Position numbers and translations under genes: made by a program. From Opitutales bacterium (GTDB lineage Bacteria > Verrucomicrobiota > Verrucomicrobiia > Opitutales > Seribacteraceae): a stretch of 64,000 nucleotides of DNA. This document shows, in pieces, positions 30,601 through 39,600 of this stretch (positions are counted from its first letter, which is position 1; every line of letters begins with the position of its first letter). A model generated the notes under the pieces. That model searched no databases and was not told the origin of the DNA. It saw nothing but the letters and a program-made list of their open reading frames with translations. Where the stretch lies: assembly GCA_038152055.1 (NCBI GenBank), contig JAYOWQ010000001.1:24813-88812 (forward strand), in the 5' to 3' direction.

Positions 30601-33600
30601 GAGGTCAAGCCCGGCTCCTTCCAGATTCGCCTCCCACTCTTCAAAATCCGTCAGGCCGTCCTTGTCCGTGTCAACCATTCGAGGATTTGCGCCCTCATCA
30701 AATTCCACTTTGTCGCTCAAGCCGTCGCCATCCGTATCCTGCAACCAGGGAGAAGATTTTTGCGTTTTTTCGTCGGCATCGAACAACTCGTCTCCATCGA
30801 AGTCCCCACTATTTGGATGAGACCCAAACTTCCATTCCTCGAAGTTCGTCAGGTTGTCATCATCCAGATCCTCAAAAGCATTGGTTCCGTTTAGGTCTTT
30901 TTCCCACCACGAGGCGTTGCGTTCGAAAAAAGTGTCCAGATAGCGATCCAGCCAGAATTCCCGTTCGTTCAAGGCGCTGCGCGGAGATGGCTTGATGCGT
31001 ACGCTGCTTTTCAATTCACCGTTATTGAAACTGGCATGCAAAGTCAGCTCGCCTTTGGCAAATATTGGTCGGATCAACCCGCCCTCGGCGGATTGATTCG
31101 CCTCGTTTAGGATGACGCGATCGGTTCTGGAATAACCGATTCCTTGGCCGGTAATGTTGACGTCCACTATACTGCCGGTTGCGTTCGTCTCCAAATATCC
31201 AATAAACCCATACCCGGCCCCATCCAACTCCACCAAGATTCCATCGGTGTAACCCGTGCCAGGACTGACAATCTCGAAGCCATGAACCTGCCCGGTGCCT
31301 GTTCTCAATGTGGAAAACAGGCAAAGCTCAACGCTTGTTCCGTTCACTTCCAGCCCGTTTGCCCCTTTTGCCCCGAATAGGCGCGCTATTTTACTGTTGC
31401 TTTCCTCGCCCTCGGACGCGTTGAAGTCAAATTCCAACGACCAGGACACGTTGTCCTCCGCAAGAGACAGTTCTGTTCCATTGCTATCGAACACTCGTGC
31501 GGTAAATGTGGTGTTCCTGTCAGAATGAGTATGCGTTTCATTCGATTCCCTAAATTCCTTGGTGGCCAGTGGTACCTCGATTACATTTGCCCCATTTCCC
31601 TCTCCGGGGGAGATTACCAGCCTGGCTTTCGGCTGGTACCGGTCATGGCCTGTTGCCGAATCATTGTAATCCCAGGAGGCTAGGGCGCCGGACCAAAACG
31701 TCTCACTCGATTTTGAATAAAGGTTGCTCTCGAAGAAATCCAATCCGGCCAGATTGACGGAATGCATTACGGTAAAGCGATCCTGTGGATAATAGTTGGT
31801 GGTGTTCTCATCGTCTATTATTTGCAGGCTAAGGGAGCCATCCAGTAAAACGCGGACTATCACCCTTGGCTCCACGAGGCTGATATTGTCTGGATGGGGA
31901 ATAAAGGTGAGTTCGGGCACGGGTCCTTTGGGATCAAAGCCCCGCCCGATTCCCCTCAGTTCCTTTTTCATCCTGTATTCCAAATCAAACTCGCCAAGGT
32001 ATTCCGAAGTCGGTTTGTTTTCCTCCGTTGCTTCGTGAGGTGTCACCCCATGACCGAAAACAGGGTCATCGGAATATTCGGGTGCAAACGTGTCGGTGAA
32101 TTCACTGTGCCCCCTGGAAAATTTGCGGGCTTCCCGGGACCAAACCAAATTGCTGCTACCCGGACCGGAATTGTCAGTCTCCATCACCAGTTCCGGAAAG
32201 CCCGGCAAGTACAATAGTTGTGAAACCCTGGTGCGATTGGCTTCCGGCCGAAAAGTCGTTTCTTCAAATTCATTGTCTTCCATAAATACGGCGACGTTGT
32301 AAAGGCCGGGCATCAAGTTTGAAATGGCATAGGCGCCATACTGGTCGGTGTAGGCGTACGCTCCTTTCGATTCCGGTTCGTTCACAAACCACTGATCTCC
32401 CGGCAGGCCCTCGCTTACGATGATTTTTCCACCCGCTTTGGGAAAGGCGGTTGCGTTTTCATCAATCGCAACTCCCAATCCATAGTAAAACGAGTTGGGG
32501 AAACGATCGTCGACGTAAAGTTCGATGTAGGACTGGTCCCTTTCCGGATCGTAAAAAACGTCCCCGTTCAACCTAATGAAATCCATTTTGGAGATGTTTT
32601 CCTCCTCATAATCAATCCGCCAGTCTGGATGAACCATTTCAGAGTACGGTCCGTCTTCTCGAGTTATTGGCCTGCCCTCATCGGTAAGAGCGGCCTCCGA
32701 GCTTCTTGCCCACTCGCCAAGATTCCTGCCATCCAATATCTGCACGGTCGGGTGTTCGCTAAACATACCCATGTCCACTGGCCCTATCTCTTTGGATGGT
32801 TCCTCCTGAAATGTGGCATTTCCGTCAAACTTGAAACTCGTCAACTCAAGGTTCGACCGGGCAAAGGCTTCCGCCGGCATGAAGTCTCCCTTGCCGTCAC
32901 CGTCGAAATCCGGCTCCCAGTCAATGGTGCTGCCATCGCTTAGGGTTATGCGGGCGGTTGAATTGTAGTCGATGGTGACGTTGTAATCCAATCGAGAGTC
33001 AAGATTGCCGTACAGCCCGCTTTGGTTGACTTCGATATCCAAGATCCTGTCACCGAGACTGTCTGCCAAAACAGGGTCCCCAAAATTCCATGCCAATCCA
33101 TGATAATAGTCGCCAAAATACCAGTTCTCGTATCCCGTTGAGTCTCCGGCAAACCATCCTCCATCTTCCGTTCCTGGAACTTGCGATCTTTGCACGAACA
33201 CTTGTACCGCATCCATAGGCGGCGCGGATGGGTAGTAATCGGTTTTGTGCTTTGCTTCCCATGCCCATGGACGCTCCCTGAAGCCTTGCCCTGCACCCAA
33301 TGGGCGATCAATTTTGTCAAGTTCCCAGTTTTTCAATCGCGGATCGTCAAAAATCACTCTTGTGTTCACCCCGTACTGGTTGAAAACGGGTATTGCATCG
33401 ACGCCCGTTCCCGTTCCCACAACATGAATCTCCGAAGCCAGATAGTTGGAGCCTTCATGGTCCACAATCACTTCCATGATTCGACCTTCTTTGGCAATGA
33501 CACTAAGATTGGCCTCCAGGTCCAGGGAAATAAAATCCGGTCTTGGATTGCGGTAAACGGAAGCATTTTCATCCAGAACGAAATTGATTTTTGTTCCCCA

Positions 33601-36600
33601 GCATTTTCTGGCAGCAAATTCAACGTCGTGATGGGTGCCTTCTTTTTCACAATGCCAGTGCTCCCAAGGCATTGCCGGCGCAACCGGAAAATGCCTGAGT
33701 CGCCAATCGGCAATCTCCTTGCCCGTAGGAAGGTAGAGCGAGCCGTTTGCATCCAAATAAGGAAATTCTTCATCTGTCTCGCCTGGACATTCCTCGGGAG
33801 GATAAAGGGAATAATGCTTGTGCCCGCATTGTTCCAAAGATCCGCTTTGCGTCATCCTTTCGAAGGTGCAAACCCATATGCGGCGGAAATCCTTGGTGTC
33901 CTTGTCATAATAGCGAGGGCTGTAAGGGGGCGCGTCCCGAATAAATACAACAGGGTCCACGTAACCGGCTCCGCTCTCGGTGACAACGACCTTCTTTATT
34001 TTTCCGTTTCTTACTTTTGGGGCAGCATGCGCCCGCGATCCGTTGGCATCTATAAATGCCTCTGATCTTCCAAGATCCCAAATTTCCACCCAAGGCTCGA
34101 GATGTGAATATTTATTATTGGCTTCTCCATGCAGACCGTCGGTGCAAGCGGTACAGGGCGGAATTTCCTTGAGGTAGCCCCCGAGCCTTAGGGTCACGGA
34201 TGCATTGGTTTCGCCGTTGGCGGCGATTAAGGCATTGTCACTCAAGGACGCACGGGGGACATTGGCTGGATCAATGTTGAAATATCCACGCCCGCGCATT
34301 TCCTTACCAGTCTTGGGGTCCCTTACAAAACCCCAAGCCGTGATGATGCCGTCTGTGTCAAGCTTGGTCCACATCAAAGCACCGCTCCCCCCTCCACCGG
34401 TAACCGCAATCAAAGGTGCTCCGTCCAGTGGTTCATAAGTATAAAAGTCCGAGGGTAATCTGACCAGGCTGGTGTCGCCGGATGGATGATCATAGCCCGG
34501 CTTGTGGAAAAAATATTGTGGATTAAAAGCGTCGTAGCCGGTCTCCCGCTCAAAAGATCTAACCACTCGGTAAAAAACATAGTAGGGGACGTATCCTTTT
34601 CCAGGATTGGTAATGTTGATATCCACAATGGATCCGTTCTCATCCACCTTGGATATGTGCGCTTCGGCCTCGATGAAATCATACTCGCTTACTGGAGATC
34701 TGCCCCGGTCTTCGTCAGCTATTGCAAAGATGTATGGATGCGCCGCAAGGAATAGTTCGTATTCGTCCATATAAAGGTGGTTGCCCTGCTGGGGAAACCC
34801 CTTGATGACCTTGAGTTCTGCAGGCATCGAATATCCGAACCCAGGATTGGCAAGGGTGACCGAGGAGATGGTGTGATTGAACTCAAGACCGGTAAGGTTA
34901 AGGTCGTGTGAACCGTTCCAGTCGAAAGTAAAAAGCTTTTCATTCAGAGAGACCAGACCGGATGTATTATTAACGTCGATTTCCGCTCCCAAAGGCAATC
35001 CGTTCAACTCATCTTCATGGTCTTGTTTGGGCGTTGTTATTTCCAGTGAGTCACCGTATTTGAATTTTATCCAGTCTGGCTGATAACCAGTGCCGAATAC
35101 CCTGACCTGCTCGAAGATCTGTGTGGCGGCAGATAAGCCCGCTCCCCCGAAAAGAATTTCTCGCGAGTCCTCGGAATCCTTGTCGATGTAAAAAAGCGCG
35201 TATGCTTCTGAGGTATTTTCCAGGCTTTCCGCAGCGGTAAGTTCGTAGTTGTGCAAGCCGGGTTGAGCGACGGAAAAATCCGGGGCATGAGCAAATCCAT
35301 ACAAGCCATTCGGCTTGTAGTAGGAATTTTTCCAACCCCATTGAAGACTCTTGTTTCGTTCCAGGTCGAAAGCAAGCAAAGGGTCTATGGTAACGTAATC
35401 CACAAATCTCTTGCGCACGACTCGGCCATCCGGCAAAGGCAACTCGATCGGCATTGGCATTCGCTTGGACCAAACGACGTCTCCAACCGGCACGCCCTCG
35501 AAACTGGCATACCCGAAGGCCGAACCCAACTTGCGCCATCCAGAACTCATGGTGTCATCTTCTCGCCATGAGTATAATTTGGACGAGTCCTTGCCCTCGT
35601 AATATACGTAAACGGCATCCTCCGCCCTGACGTAGCGAAGTGTGCCGTGAGGCACGTTCAATGACAAAAGGTCGGTGAAGGCGCCGACTCCTGCTGAAGC
35701 ATTCAGGTCTTCCAGGGTCTCATGTTCTCCATATCCAAACTCCAAATCAGGATTTTCACGGTAGCCGGCACCTGGATCAGATACCTCAACCGTTCCCACG
35801 GCATCTACCAATGCCTCAAGTCTAGGTAGTTGTTCCCTGCCCTTTGCAAGTCCGTACAGATAGGACACTTCGTCATTTGTCAAAATACGGTCATAGATGG
35901 CAAGATCGTCGAGGTTGCCCTCAAGGAAATGAGCTTTTTCCGGATCGACGTAATCCAAGGAGGCGCCGACGTAAAAATCGGTCACGTCGGAGATAAATTC
36001 CAGCGTGTTGTCCGCCTCTTCGAAGAGCAGCGGTACGATGGAGGTGGGTTGTGTTTGGGCGGGCTCCCCGTCTATCCATATTTGGCCGTCGGGAAAGGAT
36101 GCCGCCAAGTGATGCCACTCATTGTCATTGACTCGGTTGATCGCCCTGAAAGTCGATTGTCCCGCCACTCTGGGAAGGCCTCCCACGACTTCAAAGGAAA
36201 AGGACTTGCCCGGTTGTATGGCGATGTTGGTGGAATTGTTTTCGGGATCTACAAAGGTGACCGCCTCGTATGGACTGGATAACCAAACCAAGGGCACGGT
36301 TCCAGTCTGGGCTTGAGAAATTTTAAGCCAGAGGCTGATCGTACCCTCCGGCAATCCGAATTGGTCCTTGTGCGGGATCAAGCTGAGGTAATCGTCCGCG
36401 CCATTGAAGTTCAGGGAGTGCCCATTTCCTTCGTTCTTGTAAGTGTCTCCCAGCCGACCGCTGCCACTTGGTGTCAAGGCAACGCTTTCCGGAACGTCGC
36501 TGGAACTACCAAAGAGTCCGGGTTCTGAGGGTATCGCAACCGAGCCCATGGGAACAAGGTGAAATTTATTTCCAGACAGGTCCAGGTAGGTTCTGCCCGC

Positions 36601-39600
36601 CAAGTAAAGAACTTGGTCATAGCCCAAGGCGCCCCGATACATCCTGCATTCGTCAAGCAAGAGGGTATCGCCTGATGCAGTAAAAACGAATTCACCGGCA
36701 TTTTTAAAGAAATCCAGGTTGCCGGACTCCATAAGGGAAAGCCCGTCCACGAACAACGTCGTTACTAAGTCTTCATGTACGATTGCCACGTGGGCCCAAT
36801 CATTAAACGAATCCGTACGATTGATGTCCGAGCCATTCATCGAGTATTTCCGGTTGTCATCATGATCGTAGGTGATATCGAGTCCGTTAAAATCAATCTC
36901 GTAATCATTTTTCGCCAATACCCAGAACGAGAGCGTAAAATTGAGGTCTGGAGTGAAAGCAGGATCTGTAAACGTAATTTCATTACCGGCCCCGGCCGGC
37001 AAGGAAAGAGCGCGTCCTTTCAGACCCCAGGAAGAATTAATGTCAAAAGAGGTGGAAACAGAAGCAAGAGTCTTTGAATCGAGAATTTCCGTTCCGTTCT
37101 CTTCGTCAAATGCCCAATGGTGGATGAGGTCTCCTTGATATGCAGGCCTGTTCCATGCCGGGGTAGGTTGATACCTTGAGGTGTCGCTGTTCTCAAAGAG
37201 GGACTCGTGCCGGTCAAACGTCCAATACGCGAAAGGCTCCTGTGGGTAATGAAGGACGGCCATCGTGGCATTCGGCTCGAAACCCTTGCCTTGGTTGTAG
37301 ATAAAGATGTATCTGTCCTCCCCGTCTCCGGCATAAACGGTTGCATTCACTTCCCGGTATGGATCATCCTTGGTGTTTTCTCCTCCCGTTCCCCAGACCA
37401 CGACTTGTGGAAGCTTGGGATTGTTCGAGTCTGCTTCCGGTCTTGTCTGCCAGGAATTTCCCAAGAAGCTGGGGTTCTTTGTTTCCGGGTCGGTTGAAAT
37501 TACCGGAGATATTGTACCCACCCCATCCACGAAGGCTCTCGCGCTCGCATTTGCCTCCTGATAGTCATCCCATATACTCGATCGTCTTACTTTGACCACT
37601 GGGGTCTGATCGCGATCATATCCATAACCTCCGAACTTGCGAAATCCAAGCTCACTCAACTCCAAAGGCCCAACCACTCCCTTGGATATGCCGGAGCTTT
37701 GCATGATCGCCCTGGGATAAGGATGGGATATTATAGAGGTGTGGTTTTCGTCAAAGGAAGTAAGGGTGGAGGAGTTTTGAATGAGAAACTCGAGCAAATC
37801 AGTGGATCCGTTTACATCCTTCAAAGAAACGGAGCCATTCAAGTCATCCAAGAATTCGAGCAAATCAAGATAAGTTCCTACGGATTGGCTTTCGCTCTTT
37901 GAAAAGGTCGATCTAGTCGTGTAATGAACCTGAGGGTTTTCAAGGTACAGGTTACCACCTTTCATGACTTGAGGACTCGTGGTCATGCGGGCCGCTACTT
38001 GGGGTGGAGCTTTTTCGGGAAGCTCCAAGAAAGAAAGAGTGCTGTTGCTTCCCTCAAGCTGGCGTAGCGTCGGATCCAGATAAAATCGGTGAATTTCTCC
38101 CTTGCGCAAGTGAAGATCCGGAGCAATTTCGCCATCAATTTGAAGGCGCAGAGGGTCGGCATCCGAGCCAAAAAAATAACTGTCGTAAAGATTGCCGGAC
38201 AATCCCATGGTATGATTGATCACGGGAGCGGGTTGCACCACGACTCTTGCTCCCTGAACGAGACCCTGCCCCGATCGAACGGTTCCTGTGATCATCGACC
38301 GGTTCAGAGATTTTTCATTTCCCACGGCAATGATTGCGGTTCGCGAGGCCACCCCTCCCTTCATGTCCGACACCACCACTCTCACCACTTGATTGCCGGG
38401 AGAGGAAAAGGTACGATTCAGATAGGGCTTGTTCAACTCCGATGGATTGGATTGACCGACCTCGTTGACATACCAGGAGTAGGCGTATTGGCTCAAATTT
38501 GAATCCTTCACGAGGATGGCCATTTCAACGTATTCCCCAACCTCCGGCGCGTTGTTCGTTACCATAAGCTCGAACGAGGGCGCCTTTGCCTCGCCATTTC
38601 TCATGGTATCCTTGTTTATGACCACTTCCAGGTAAGGCATGCCCGTATTTTCCAGCCTCTGTATCGTTTCCATTCGGCTGTCGAGAATAGCCTGCTTTTC
38701 AGCAAGCTCTTGCTTGATGATTTCAAGCTCCAGTTTATACGATGCTTGATCAGGATATCTGGTGACCAAAGTACGGTAGTAATTGCTCCGGATCGTCAAA
38801 TGATCGACTTGTTTTTGCAGTGAAGGTAATTCCGTGGATTCGATAAGTTGAATTTTTTCCAGGTACTCGTTTCCACCCGTCCGAATGGGAGTGAAATGCA
38901 AATCCGCATCGTAATCGGAATAGGTCCTGCCAACAAGCAACGCACCGTCTTCTATATTGGTCGGCGTTTGAGGTGTGGCATCGATCAAGAAAGATTCAGG
39001 GCTGCGCAAGCTGTCATCTCCGTTGGCGGTGGAAAAGTATGCCGTGGATGCAAGGAGAGTCAGCCCACTGACGGAAAAATCCGTTCGGAAAGCCAGATAA
39101 TAGTCCACCAGTTGATGGTCTTGTTCATCGAATCCCGATGGACTGAAAACGCCTAAATTTTTACGCGAGGTGGTTACTCGAGCTCCTCGTACCCATCTTG
39201 CATCTCTTGACATGTCAAGCAAGGTTGCCCGCACCAGGCTATCTGGCCCAATCCCATTTGCTTCTTGAATCCAGGATGAATTCAGGGTGAAGAAACTACC
39301 ATTCGTATCTATAACCTCAATCGTCGGTTCCTCGGTATATCCACGTCCGCCCTCGGTAATCCTGAGCACGTATTCTCCCGTTGCCTCACGATCAAAGGAT
39401 CCGTTTGCTTCCGACCCCGTTCCGTTAATCCTTATTCGAGCGGAAGAGTTTGTTTCGAACCGCGCATCAAGAAAAGCGACCTCTTCTTCCTCAAGCTTGA
39501 TCGAAAAGTTCCCCTCTCGCAAAAATCTCGGTGGGTGCATCGTATTGTGCCTGTAAATTCTAAAGGTATTTTCAGGGGTGTAAGGGCCTGTCTCTTCCTC

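Noticed and set aside
33181-34065. 294-aa plus-strand ORF (also 9410-10090, 27026-27709, 42624-43289, 43476-44144)
   Set aside because: They lie antisense to long, well-supported genes and have no recognisable motifs; they are shadow ORFs.
34130-34160. CTAC as a heme c site
   Set aside because: It is followed by Thr rather than His, so it is not CxxCH.
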